Origin: Camelus ferus
Lineage: Eukaryota
Assembly (NCBI RefSeq): GCF_009834535.1
Contig: NC_045697.1
Span: forward strand, 67,272,001 to 67,336,000
Reading direction: 5' to 3'
Length of the DNA: 64,000 bases
Shown here: positions 24,907 to 37,522 of the stretch, piece after piece
Layout of the letters: each line of letters begins with the position of its first letter
Numbering within the stretch: position 1 is the first letter of the stretch
The notes under the pieces: model-generated
Told to the model about the DNA's origin: nothing
Database searches by the model: none
The model's input: only the letters and a program-made list of their open reading frames with translations
Position numbers and translations under genes: made by a program

Positions 24907-27900
24907 GGGAGTCATAAAAACATGCAGAAGTATTGTGGTTAGGATTTCAGAAAGAATAACTTATGGATAAGGGTAGATCATTTCATTTGTCCATTTATTC
25001 ATTCATCATTTACTTGGTGAGAGCCTGCAATGTTTCCATAACTAAGGGAGACCTTGTAATGACTAATAACAGTTGGCTCCCATTCACGGGGCGCTCCCAT
25101 TTAATGAAATATCAGGCCTTTAGAGGCTGAGACTATTACCTTTTTTTTCCCCTGTGCTAGGAACCAAATCCTAAATTGACAGATGAAATAAGGAGTATTT
25201 GCTAATTCTCCATTTACAAATAATGGAGGTTTTAAATATAAGAACAGGGCAGAGCTAAAACAGGACTCTGTCCTCATGGACTACCATTTTTGTTTCATAA
25301 GCAAAGGGAAATCATTGCCATATGGACTCTCTACACCCAGCTCATAAGGGTGTCATTAGTGAATTCTTTTTTTTGTGGATTTCCTGGATTTAAGATGCTC
25401 CATGAGTACAAGGCATTATGTTCTCAACTCTTACTATATTTTTTCCTTAAATAATCACACAGTTTTTGTTTAAACTGGCGTGTAGGAGGGTTTTAGAAAA
25501 CACATTTTATTCCTACTCTCTTGTTCTGTTCCCTCAGTACCATCTGGTATAAGGGAGAGCCTCCTTAATTGACACTAATGACTGGGAGATCCATTGCAAA
25601 TTACTGAATTTTGCAGATTAGCAAACATGATTAGAAAAATCAAGGAGTCTGCATTGAACTAATGTACTTTGTTGAGAACTAAGAAAAAAATTTAAACACA
25701 TTATTAGAGCTTAATCGTCTAATATAAATAGATACTTTATAGGGGTTGACTGTGCCATTAGGGAACAATGGAACATAATGTTCTGTGGAAAAAATTAGAT
25801 GCAATTTAAAAAGAAAATGTCCTCATGCTTCATGCTTTTTCTGAAGACTACCACTATTCACACTATACATGAACTAAGTCTAAGGTAGAGTCATACCATA
25901 AGAATCTTAGAGGTCATCTTGTACCATTTGTTCTGATGCAGGGAATGCACAGAGATTATTTGTGTAAGTGTGTCTCTTTATGTTGTATCTTATTGCTTTA
26001 TAATAACACTGCTTATGTTAATGGAAATATTGTGGTTTGTAAACATTTTAAATGTCAGCTGTTGAGGCTCTTAACGTTTATTATTCTCAATTCCCATTTC
26101 TGTGTTATCCTTGCTCTTTATCAGGCAACAAACTCTCTTGCTTCCTCCCACACACCAGTGTAAATAGTTTAACACACACAACCCATATTGCATACAACTT
26201 TCTTGGGCCCAGCTGTGTGTGCCTTCTGCATCCTTCAGGAATTCAATCAAGAGGGTGAGGGGAGAAGGGAGGGAGGAGGAGAGAGAATAAACATAGAGGA
26301 GACAGTTACAGCATAGATAATTGAGAGGTTATTTTCTACCTTTAAGCATTGTACTATACAACACTATGTAGTGTTGTAATAGTATTGCCAGTGTCTTTTC
26401 AAACAAAAAACTCTGGGATCAAGATGAAGTTAGGTGTAGAATTTTGAGCTCCAAAGGTTGTTGCTCTGACCAAGCTGCTTTTCTCATCACAAGGAAATAG
26501 GGATGATAAAGGTCACAGTGCCATTTACTTCACTTGATATAGTCAAAAGCCAGTAGGAGGAACATGCCCAGGAGAGGTGGTGAAGAAGTCACCCCACGTA
26601 ACCTCTCCAACTGGGAACTGCACTACAAAACACCCTGCCTTGCAAGTGATATGAATTTAATACTTCTGAAACTAGAAGCAGGAGGATCAAAGGATGTATA
26701 CCTGACCGACTGTGTGACTGAATTAGAAATAATGTCACTTAAACAAATAGGAACTTACTTAAGCCATTATCTATTTTTCTTTGTCTAGATTTCCTCTAAT
26801 ATGAGCTCTTAATCCACATTTGATTCTTTAAAATAAGTTATCTTTAAAAATTAAAATTAAAAAAGCATAAAAGCAATTTAAAAACTTTATTCTGGTATGT
26901 TTATGATCTAATTAACAGTGTATTAAACACTGCAAGAAGGAAATTAAGATAGAATGCAAATGCACGGTTTTACCTTTTTTTTTTCCTTACTGAATCTCTT
27001 GTAATCAATTTCTGCTGAACTTTCTCATTTCTTACTGAGCAAGTTGGAAAAGATTAGAAGAGATTATCTTAGTCTTAGATATTATGTAGATTTAGCTTTT
27101 TCCCCCTTCATTGTAATTCTTTAGAGTACTTTCTCTAATGTTGTATTCTCTTTTCTGTTTTAAACACTGTTTTTCACAATTTTAAACACTTTCAACATTT
27201 TTGTTTGGAAGCTGCCTGTAGTGAGAATGTCATGCAACTTGACTTCTACAGGGTTTTAGATTATGAAATATAAGTGACTTAGTCACTGAATGGATTATGC
27301 TTAGAATAACTAAAACCTCACAGATCTTTCTGACAAATGTATATGCTTAGATTTATTAAAATAATCCACATAAAATTTTGATAAAATGTATCATTAATTC
27401 ATGCCCCTTAAAACGAACAAAGCAAAAGGTAATATTTTTTGAGCACTTTGCGCAAAATTCCACAGAAGAAGGAAAAAAATCAATCTGCATATGAATGGGT
27501 AGAATAATGAAATTTTGCCTGTGGTTTTCTAGCACAAAATGTATCCACTTCATGGAGTTTGGCTTTTTGTTTTTTTGAGTTTACATTGGTTCACTCCACT
27601 GAAAGAATTGGGAAAAACACAATACAAAAGAGGGGTTAATTGCCTAAACCTGCTTGAGAAATGCTTGACATCCTGTGGTAGCACTGAATTGAATAGGGAA
27701 CCAACTAAGAATTGGTTTAAAAACTATAGTGGGTGAGGATATATAGTGTATTTTCAGGAAAGAAAAAGGAATTACTGATGCAACAATCAATAAAAGGAAA
27801 AACAAAAGATAGTGAATGGAAAGAAGCTCTAATCTCTTTTCCTAAGGAAAACAGTTGCTTGATATGAATAGGTAATTTGGTAAAGGAAGGAACTGATGCT

Positions 27901-28720
27901 GAGTTTTGTTTTGGTATTCCTGTCTGTTATTGCCACAGTTGAAAAGCAGTCATTTCTAAGAACTTGAGAGGTATTTCTCAGCAGTCACCATAATGTTTAC
28001 CCTCAGGGATTTGGGCCCAACAACTACAGCAACCAAACTGGCTTAAAGACATTTCATATCAAAAGGTCTCTGTCATGTTCAAAAAGAGCAAATCATCTTT
28101 AATTTACTGTTTAAATTGAAATTGAAAGACAGTAGACATTAACCTGAGATCTCCACTCCAGTCACATTGCACAACTGCATTAAAATGCCCTGGTAGAATG
28201 ACAGTCTATAACAACACTCTGTGCTGTGTATTTAAAGTATTATTCATTCTCTTTGTAGCCCTGGAAGATGGTAAGCAAGTGAAGAAATACTGTAACAAAT
28301 GGAGGTGGTAATAGGGACATTCTCTTTGAGCCTTGGGAAAACTTTCAAGCAATGGGGAAAAAGATTCAGACCAGAAAAAGATTTTAATTATTGTATAATC
28401 AGACTCCTCTGTACATACGCAACACACATTGCTTCCATCTCAGATTCTCTAATGCAAGTATAGGTTATTCCCATTTCAAAGATAAAAACACTAAGACATA
28501 TATTTCTTTTTGCTGTAACTTGACACATTAATTTTTTTAGTAAAATAGAACTAAAATTGAAGAGAGGATGGACTAAATCACCAAGGAAGACTCAGAAATT
28601 AATTTCTGAGCCAGGCCAATATCTTTGAGCTCTTTAGTCTTTCGGCTTTTGCTTATTCTGTCCTGTCTTACTGCTTCTTTCTTTTAATCAGCCATTAATT
28701 CTTCTAAAAGCACTGTGTTC

Positions 28721-28752
28721 CAAAAAAAAAAAAAAAAAGAAAAAAAGAAAAA
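28721..28752. repeat. Poly-A / A-rich tract
   Basis: Seen directly. Confidence 0.9.
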
Positions 28753-29139
28753 GCACCATGTTTCAGTTAAAGATGTTCCCTCGAACAGTGTTTCTGAAAT
28801 TATGTGCGTATAAAATTGTGTCACGGTGCAACGTGAGGCATATGGTCCCAGGGTGTCCGGCGGAAAAGGGCCGGGGCTGTTTGTGGGGTGTTGTGAGGTT
28901 CATTGGACTCAAAACCTGCTTACTAACCTGAGCAGCTTCTAACCTTTGCAGTAAACCACTTAGACTAGACCTATGCGTTCAGCATCATCCAAGATTCTCA
29001 AATCACTCCTTAGACAAAGGCAGATAAGGAGTTCTAAGGGAAGAGGTAGCAGTTCAACAGCAAGTCATCTCAGTTCCTGGGCCTTTTCTGGCTTTAAGCC
29101 CCGATTTATAATGACCAGTTGTTACCTACCCTTTCCAGT

Positions 29140-29600
29140 AGCGGTCCAACAAGGGTCCTCCTGCTCGGAGCCACTTGCGCCAATTGACAGAGTCCAGTTC
29201 AGAAACACCAGACAGCCTTATTCTTCCAGCAGAGAATGGAGAGGTGTGAGCTCACACTGTAGGGCCCATGCTCTCCCCACAGGCGGCTGACGGACGAGGT
29301 AGCTGACGAGGCGGCTGACGAGGCTGCTGAACGGACTCTATCAGCAGCGAGGAGCGGAGTTCTCGCGGGGCTGCGCAGTGGCGCTGCGCACTGTGCTTGC
29401 GCAGTTGCAGTCGGGGCGCAGCGCCTCTGCCCACGGCCCGCCACCGCCATGTTGGATTGGGGTGCCGCGCAAGCGCAAGCGCCTCTCCGCGCAGCTCGCC
29501 CAGTCTTGGAGCGGTTTTGCCGGAAAGTGCTAATCCGACTTGTCTGGCGCAAGGCCTCGGTCCGCAACCTCCTACAGGCAAGTGAAACTAGACTAAGTAC
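29140..29600. promoter_or_regulatory. CpG-island promoter (CpG shore from ~28805)
   Basis: Only CpG-dense block in the window. Contains YY1 CCGCCATGTT (29444-29453), CCAAT box on minus (29455-29460), overlapping NRF1-like GCGCAAGCGCAAGCGC (29467-29482), further TGCGCA cores (29372-29403), ETS-like GCCGGAAAGTG (29519-29529), a TCTCGCG core (29361) and three TGACG half-sites. Confidence 0.85.
29281..29332. repeat. Four degenerate 12-bp repeats AGG(C/T)NGCTGACG
   Basis: aggcggctgacg (29281), aggtagctgacg (29297), aggcggctgacg (29309), aggctgctgaac (29321). Confidence 0.9.
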
Positions 29601-29699
29601 TAAAGAAGAGTTTAGACCTTATTTTATCACCTAGATTCTATCTTATTTTTCCCAGGGTACCCAGTGGTCTTTGCTGGGGCCCAGACGCCAAACTTCCAG

Positions 29700-29910
29700 T
29701 CACTTGTGGTGTAGAAGGGAGAACATGGGCTGTGGTTTCAGTTAAGTGGTTGTACTTGACAGTTTTCTTTACCTCTCTGACACTTATTTGCTTTATACGT
29801 AAAAACGCATATTATAAAACCCAGTTTGCAAGGTTGTTCTGAGGACTTTAATGTTATAATGCTCCTGGCACAGTCCTGAGAGAGTGGAGTTCACTTAAGT
29901 TTGTTCTTTA
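29700..29910 (+). mobile_element. MIR remnant
   Basis: tgtggtgtagaagggagaacatgggct start; ggttgttctgaggact...cctggcacagt. Confidence 0.6.
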
Positions 29911-31430
29911 TTTGCAATAACTGAACACGAGTCTGAACATGTGTGTGGTGGTGCAGAGAGTGTTTTCTTTTAGACAAAATCTCCAGCTCCCAGAAGATTG
30001 CCTAGGACAGGGCAGGAGCTCAGATGAGGTGTCTCATCTTGTAACAGGCTCTCCTGGTTCACAGTGTGCCAGATACCCTGGCCTTAACTGTTGTCCTTGA
30101 CTCCTTCAAGCTCCTTGCTGCATCATTTTACAGCTGCTCTTTTCTTTTCTGGAACACCAGTTACATAGCTCTTTATACAGTGGCCTTCTCTTTGTCATCT
30201 GGGTTCCAGCTTAACTGCCTACCTCCTTGGTGAAGCCTTCCCAGTTATATTTGTATATAAACAGCTTTCTTCTAAGTGAGGAGTCCACTCCAGGCCCACA
30301 TCCTCTGTGTGATCTTTCAGCCCCAAACACAGACAGTGACAGGTGGGGTGGGAGTGGGATTGCTCTCTGTACACCACGGACAGGTCACTGCAGTTTTCTG
30401 GAGGGAGTTTCCGTCAGGACTCAGTTCCTCCTGCCCCCCTCCCAGGCAACCATCCTCATACTCTCATATGTTTGCATACACGTGCAGGCTCCTCCATTCA
30501 GAAGCCTCTTTCTTGGGGATCTTGGCTGAGGCACACGTACTTGGACCCAGCATCTTTCTCCTCGGAGCCCTTCCTTCTCTCCTTTCTCCCAGTGCATGGA
30601 TCTATAAAGAGAAAGAAGCCTTTTGTATGGAGCTCCTCTTGAGTGAGATGATTCCCCCATCTGTGCTTCATCCATCTGACCCTCACCCTGTTTTCTGTGG
30701 GGAAAAGTGGAACATTGATAAGTTGGTACTTCTTTTTGCCTCTTTCTTGCACTGTTGCTCTAGGTGAATAAAGGCTTGATTGATTCAGTTTAGCTCATTG
30801 TCCATATGTGATTGATTGACACTAAGGACATATCAGTATTTGAAATTATCTTGTTTACTTATTGGTCTTGTTTACTACCTCCATTTCCTAAGCTGAATGT
30901 ATGCTCCACGATTCTAGTGACTTTGCTCTGTCTACTGCTACATCTTCTGTACCTAGAAGAGTACTTGGTATGTATTAGGTCTTTGATAGACATATAAGCG
31001 CTAAATAAATAGCAGCTACATACCTGGTAAACTACTTCATCTGGGCTTCTCCCAGCAGGCAAATCTGTGTGCACCTTACTTCTTACGAGGATAGGAATAA
31101 GATTCAGGTCTTTAATACCAGTTCTCAGGTCTTCATTTTCCTGATGTAAGATCAATATTATATAGTAACCATACTTCATCTGTCTAGAGCTTCATCCACT
31201 GCCTCTTGGAAGACCACCTGAAATGACATTCTGTATGACATACTGTGGTCTACGCTTTGAGTTTCCATTGCCTTGTCTGCTACTGATGGCTAGTTGACTA
31301 GGACATTTCTCAATTGCTTATTAACTGTTGCTTCTTTTATTAGATACCGATCTCTATAGCATTTTCCTCTCCCATGTCCTAGGAATCTTATACTTGACCA
31401 TTTCACTTGTTACAAAAAATGCTAAACTCT

Positions 31431-31625
31431 AAGAGGTCAGCAAATTGTTGACAATGGGTCAAATCCAGCATGTCGCCTGGTTTTGCACAGTTTGGAGCTA
31501 AGAATGGATTTTACACTTTTTAAAGTGTTGTTTAAACAAAAAGAATATGGGATAGAGACAGTACATGGCTAATAAAACCTAAAATATTTACATTCTGTCT
31601 GAAGGAAAGATTGCTGAATCCCGCT
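31431..31625. mobile_element. MER58 (hAT-Charlie) MITE
   Basis: ggtcagcaaa...gggtcaaatccagc...gagctaagaatggattttac...aaacctaaaatattta matches MER58. Confidence 0.85.
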
Positions 31626-31736
31626 GTAAAAGATAGCCAGCCAGCCCCAGTGGTTCCAACACCCACAGATCTACTTGCTGTCAGCCAAAAGGCTGCACTA
31701 ATATGGCTAGCTAACCTCTAAAGAAGGATTACTTAC

Positions 31737-31820
31737 CTAATTGTAAGAGAAATTAGCTCTACTGTCTTTGGCTTCTGTACCAGGAATTTAATATTTTCAA
31801 AGTGACTTCCTTATATAAAT
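31737..31820 (-). other. Candidate exon, 84 nt, non-coding
   Basis: Acceptor actttgtccccag|AT and donor TAG|gtaagt; stops in all three frames. Confidence 0.4.
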
Positions 31821-32279
31821 CTGGGGACAAAGTTTTCACTTGCCACTTCAAATAGTGAGCAAACGCTACTATGTATTCTATCTGCTCTTCTAATTAGAAC
31901 AGAGTTTGAGGCCTCCTTTGAACTTGATGGTACAGTGCTTGTGAGCTTAGTTCTCTGCCCCCTTAGGTCCTGGTGGCAATTATTTGCAGCAATTTACTAA
32001 GGAGTATAGGAGATTATTAATAAAATAGATGGTTCTGAGATAAATTTCTAAATTTATGCTCACAAATTTAAGAAGGGTGGGCCAAGGTGAGAAGCCAAGA
32101 GGATTATAAAAACAAGGGAGCTAGTTTGCCAAGGCGCACCCGTCAGAAATGAAAACCTGTATAACTCCATTGAATTTTCTGTTGTTTTAATTGAAATGCC
32201 TGGAAAAAAAAAAAAAAGAGTTGACTGCATGGGGAAGGTATAGAAGTGCTCTTTTGGCTGCTAAGAGCAGTGACCTTCA

Positions 32280-34200
32280 TACTGTTTACCAAGCACTGTT
32301 CTAGGTACTGGAGATGAAACAGTGAACAAAATAATGTTCCTACCTTGACCTGTCCTTTTAGTGTGAGAGGCTGGCATATGTTAGGTGGTGGTAAGTGCTA
32401 TGAAGGTAAATAAAACAGAATAAGGGAAACAGGAAGAGTCAAAGAGGGAATGTTGCTGTTTTACATGGAGAGTTTAAGGAAAGCCTGATTGGTGAGATGA
32501 CAGTAGAGCTGAGAGGAGAAGGAAGTGTGAGAGTTGATATTGGGACAAGAACATTTTATGCAGAAGGAATTGCAAAAGCCAAGATATCAAGGTGGAAGGA
32601 TGGTCTGTCCAAAAATAGTAAGGAGGTGAGTGCAACTAAGTGGAGGAAGAAGGGGAGAGTGGAAAAGGTGAGTTCAAAGAGGTGGTAGGGAACCAGATGT
32701 AGAGGATGTTATTGCCTTTTATTCTGAATGAGACATGAAGTGATTGCCGGCTTTTAGCATGGGATTGAAATAATCTGATGTAGATTCTAAAAGGATGGTT
32801 GGGACTTATCTCGTAGAGAATTGATTTGAAGGCAAAGAGGTAGGAGGTGGGGAAGGTAAACACTGAGATCTTAGCTAGAGGGCTGTTTCAATAATCCCAG
32901 AAATGATGAAGGTCCGGACTAGGGAGGTAGCAGTAGAGGCAGTTAAAAGATGCTTATTTTAAGAATATACTGTATTTTGAAGCTATAGCCTATATGTTTT
33001 TGTTGTTATTTTTTGGTGGATTGGATGCAAGGTATGAGAGAGAGAGGGTCAGTGATTCTAAACAACGGAAACAACAATTCCAAGTATTTGGAGGATCAGA
33101 CTTCAAACATTTTATCCACTATGAATAGAATGATGAAGTTGACATTTGCTGAGATGGAGAAAATTACGTAAGAAGCAAGTTTGATGGGGTAAATCAGAAA
33201 TTTTGTTTAGAACTTACAAGTTCTGAGATACTAATTGGACATCTAAGTAGAGGTCTGTAAGACACAGAAAAATGTACAAGTCAGAAAGAGGTCTAGGCTG
33301 CAGGTGTATATTTGGAACTTGTCATTTTATTTACTTTGTATTTAAAGGCATGAAATGGAATGAGGTCCCCCAGGGAGTCAGTGTCCTTAGAGAAGAATAA
33401 TTGCCTGAGAACTGAGCTTTGGGCTGTAGATGTAAAGAACATAGAGGAAGAAGCAAGGGACACTAAGAAGGAGCAGCCGGTAAAGTGGCAGGAGAACTAA
33501 CAGAGATATGGGTATAAGAGACTGAATAAAGAGAATAAATCGAGAAATCTCTGATCAGTTCTGTCAAGTTCTGATAATGTGGAGTAAAATGAACATTGGA
33601 TTTAGCAATGCACTGGCCAAAGTAACCTTTGGTAAAGAGAACGGGAAGATGGAGTAGGTTTAACAGAGAATGAGAGAAGAAAATTTAAAGCCAATTACTT
33701 TCTTGTTACTCTGAATTTTATGGTAAAATGACACGAGATAAATTGACTAACAACTAGAAGGTGTATATCTTAATGGAAAACATTTGTAAAGGGAGATATT
33801 TTAGTAGTTTGGATGCTGATGGAAAGTGAAGGAAGTATTTAAAAAAGTAGACAAGAAAGGGGACAGTGGCTGGAATGATGTCCCTGAATGCGTAGTATCC
33901 AGAGATTAGAGGAATTGGACTTCCGTAGGCACATGGAGAGTGCATCCATGATAAAAGAAGAAGTATATAGCTAGACTATGAAATGTGGTAAGAGTGGGTG
34001 GAAACTCTTTGGATTGCTTCTATTTTCTCAGTGAAATAGGGACAAAGGTCATTAGTCAAGAAAGAGATGGGAGAAAAAATATTGCAGGCTCAAAGAGTGA
34101 TTGTGGAATGAATGTGAACTGGGTGAAAACCAAGTTGGGAATTGAGGCCAGATCAGGTGAGAGGTTAGTGTAGCTGGTTATGGGGCTATAGTCCGGCAAG
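32280..34200 (-). mobile_element. Long L2 remnant
   Basis: ccaagcactgttctaggtactggagat...gtgaacaaaa; ctattgg/ggacatctaagtagagg; ggatttagcaatg; purine-rich antisense L2. Confidence 0.8.
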
Positions 34201-35867
34201 CAGTGTAGTTAAAACAGAAGCACAAAGGTGTTTTATCTATTATGTGGGGTCAGACCACCATTAAGCCTCAGGTTCATACGATGTTACAGGATGGACTAGC
34301 GTGGACTAGGCAAACATGAACACTTGTACTGCAACTTAAGCTCTTCAGTTAATAGCAGAAAATAGCACCTATGCCAGTTTGGAAAGGCTTTAGAATAGAG
34401 TGACATTCCCAAACTCTGGGATGATTGTTGATTCTCTAACTCTCCCAAGGCACAGATACAGTCAAATTTAGTGTCTTTTTCTTTATGGAGAATGAGCATG
34501 GAAATATGGAGTCGTGTGAGGAGTGTAGGAAAAAATATGTAAGTAGTGAGTGATTAATTAAATTTCAAGCCTTACTTTTCCTGTGCTATTTTAATGGAGC
34601 ATCCGATCCTATAAACCAAAAGAATTTGGCATAAAAAAGTAAGATCTTAGCTCTTCTATGAGCTTTCTTCTTTTAATTGACTTTACAGTTAATCTCTCTA
34701 GACCCAATTTAGTCATCTCTCTGGGACCCATGTTAATAATTTCTCCAGGGTTTTGCAAAATTAAGAGAAACACATCAAATGCTACCTGGTTAACATTACC
34801 ACCTCATTGTTGATTGTTGTTTGTTGTAGAAGATAGAATATAGAAATTAAATGTATGCTTAATTTTAACTACAAATATTTTGTGGAGATTTATTTATCAT
34901 CATGGCTTTTTATTTAAAGTGTAACAATAATTGGAAAAGTGTGGTGTTACAACAACTCCTTCAAGTTAAATTTTATGAACAAGAAGAAATTTTTAAAATG
35001 CTTTAAGTTTCCACTAGTATATTTTAAATTTGACGTCTTAAATGACCTTTTAATTTCATTTACAATCATGCTAAATGAGACTTTTTCTCTTGTAACTTTA
35101 ACATTTTTGAAAAGCCTTTATACTCAGTTGACTCTAAAGATCAATCTTTAACATTTAATAGATGTAAGTACAAAAGGCATAATCTCATCAAACTCTTGAT
35201 ATGAAATTTTCCTGCATTTTATAGCTTACAATTTTATTTTTTTTATTACCCGGTAAAAATATTATTCAAGGTTAGACTTTGCTATTGCAAAGTTCCATAT
35301 TCCACATACTGTATTGATATTTGGATTAGAAAGGCATTGTTGAATGGCTAGTATCATATAAGACTTAATTAGGAGGAGCCACTTATTCACAGTTGATTTT
35401 GGTGAGCACCAAAATTAACCAAAGCTCCACATTAAATTATACCTTTAAAATTACAATAATATATTATAAATTTATTTGTTGCTGTCTATCATAGAACTGT
35501 GTCATATGGGGAAAATTCTGGGACTGGTGCACCTTGTGCTATGTTACTTAACAAATCAGACCGTCAGTCTCCTATACATTGAGGGGATAAATGAGATGAC
35601 TCTGAAATCTGAGCTTTTCCAAATCTAAGATCCCATGAATCCATTTGAGGTTCCTTAAGTCTTTGCACATGTAAAGGAGAATTGTCTAGTATTTATCTAA
35701 TTGGTAAACAAGACCAACTTTCCTATTCAGTTAAATGTTTCTTAAATTCATTATTTACTCTCCTTTTCACTGCCACTGTTTGATTTGTGAAACTAAGCAT
35801 TTGGACATTTACATTGGCTTCCAAGCTAGTTTTCCAATGTCGATTCTGAACTCCAATAACAGATTGC

Positions 35868-36180
35868 TCATTCATTCACACATTCATTCAACAAATATTT
35901 ATTAAATGTCTGGTATGTTTCAGGCACTGTTTTGCTTCAGCAGAGACAAAAGTGAACCAAAGAGACAAAACCACTTTACTTCATAGAGCTTACATTCTAG
36001 TGAAGGAAGAAAGACAATATAATATACATATGTTTGATAGCCATAAGTAGAATGAGGAAACTAAGCAGGGTTTACATTTAGGGAAAACTGGGGTGGAGTA
36101 GGATGGAGGAATAATTTTAAGTAGGATGATCAGGAAAGGCCCACTAATAAAGTGACTTTTTTAACTGAAACTTTTAAAGC
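35868..36180 (-). mobile_element. L2 3' end
   Basis: tcattcattc...aacaaatatttatt...caggcactg...agagcttacattctagtg. Confidence 0.85.
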
Positions 36181-36339
36181 ATTTATTGTCAGTAACACAT
36201 TTAGTGAGTGTCAGATAACGTGTTACTGTGAAGCATTTGCAAGAGGAGAGAAATGTAGAAGAAGAATTTCAAAACTCAAGGAGATTAGAGTCAAGTGGAA
36301 GAAATGAACCAATAAAGCATACATTAAAAAAAAAAGGTG

Positions 36340-36595
36340 GCTATGATGTAATCTCAAAAATATGAGTCCAGATTCATTCTCTGCCACTTTCCAGTTGTGC
36401 TGAGAAATTAACATTGCTAAACTTCAGTGTGTTCATCTCTAAAACTGAGATTATAACTACCCACACTTGTGTCTTGAAGTAAGTACAAAGGTTAAATACA
36501 CTTATACATTTTATTTTGTACCTCATAGACTGAATGCCATAGCCAGCCAGGCCAGGATATAATAAGTTGGCACTTAATATGTGTTCAGTGATTAA
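36340..36595 (+). mobile_element. MIR
   Basis: ctctgccactttccagttgtg...cttcagtgtgttcatctctaaaactgagattataa. Confidence 0.7.
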
Positions 36596-37394
36596 ATAAA
36601 AGAACAATGATTTATTTTTAGGAAGTGATTTTTGTTTTACAGTTTACCCATTGTATATAAAGTTATAGAATTTTTAATGGTAAATCTTTGTTATGCTTTT
36701 AAAACTTATGGTTGTCATTTGAATTACCTGAGCTATAAAATAATCTGAGCACAATAGGAACTGTGAATTGAAACAAAAACAATCTTAAGAACAACACTGA
36801 TTAAAATGTTCAATCTTTGCTCTGTAAATATAATTTTCTATGAACAAAAATAAATGTTGACATTAAATCCATAGTAATTTTTGTTAACCTCAGGGCTCCC
36901 TAGGCAGCGTGAAAGAATGTTATTTTAAAAAAGAAATGAGTCTGTTTCCTTGTGCTACATGAAGATTTAATTTTGATGACAATGAAAGGCATCCCTAGTA
37001 CCTAGGTAACAGCTATTTACATATTAGATTGAAGTTGGCATTTAAAACAATTTTTAGATAGAGTGAACCAAGCTGTGACTCCCTTTATGACAAAATTGGA
37101 TTAATCAAAGACACCAATCAGTTTCATACTATAAAAGAGGTAATACGAAAAGAATGCAATGTAAGTACTATATATATGTGTTTTGCTGCTCAGCTGTGTA
37201 GCACAGCTTTGGAGACCTGCTATGTAGTATCATGTAGGCAAAATGACATTACTTTTTATCTCACACTCTTCCATCTTTCAGGATTTTTTTTTTTTTTTTT
37301 TGCAATCTCTGAAATTGGTCCCATTGGTCCCAATATTGCTAACACAGAATAATGACTTAGACTTAATATCTTTTTTTTGTCTGTGTATATATAT

Positions 37395-37522
37395 ATTTTT
37401 AATTGAAGTATAGTCATTTTACAATGTGTGTCAATTTCTGGTGTATAGCATAAAGCTTCAGTCATACATGAACATACATATATTCGTTTTCATATTCTTT
37501 TTCACCATAAGTTCCTACAAGA
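37395..37522 (-). mobile_element. Short, young L1 3' end
   Basis: tttttaattgaagtatagtc...tacaatg...tttctggtgtatagcat is antisense of the same type of 3' end as the L1 at 12.5 kb. Confidence 0.85.

Noticed and set aside
22520..29332. CRISPR-like arrays from the short repeats at 22.5 kb and 29.3 kb
   Set aside because: Mammalian DNA; repeats are too short, lack regular unique spacers, and no cas genes are present.
30227..30767. Overlapping long ORFs on both strands (up to 163 aa)
   Set aside because: GC-richer, LTR-like block with AATAAA near 30767 and few stops by composition; no recognisable domain.
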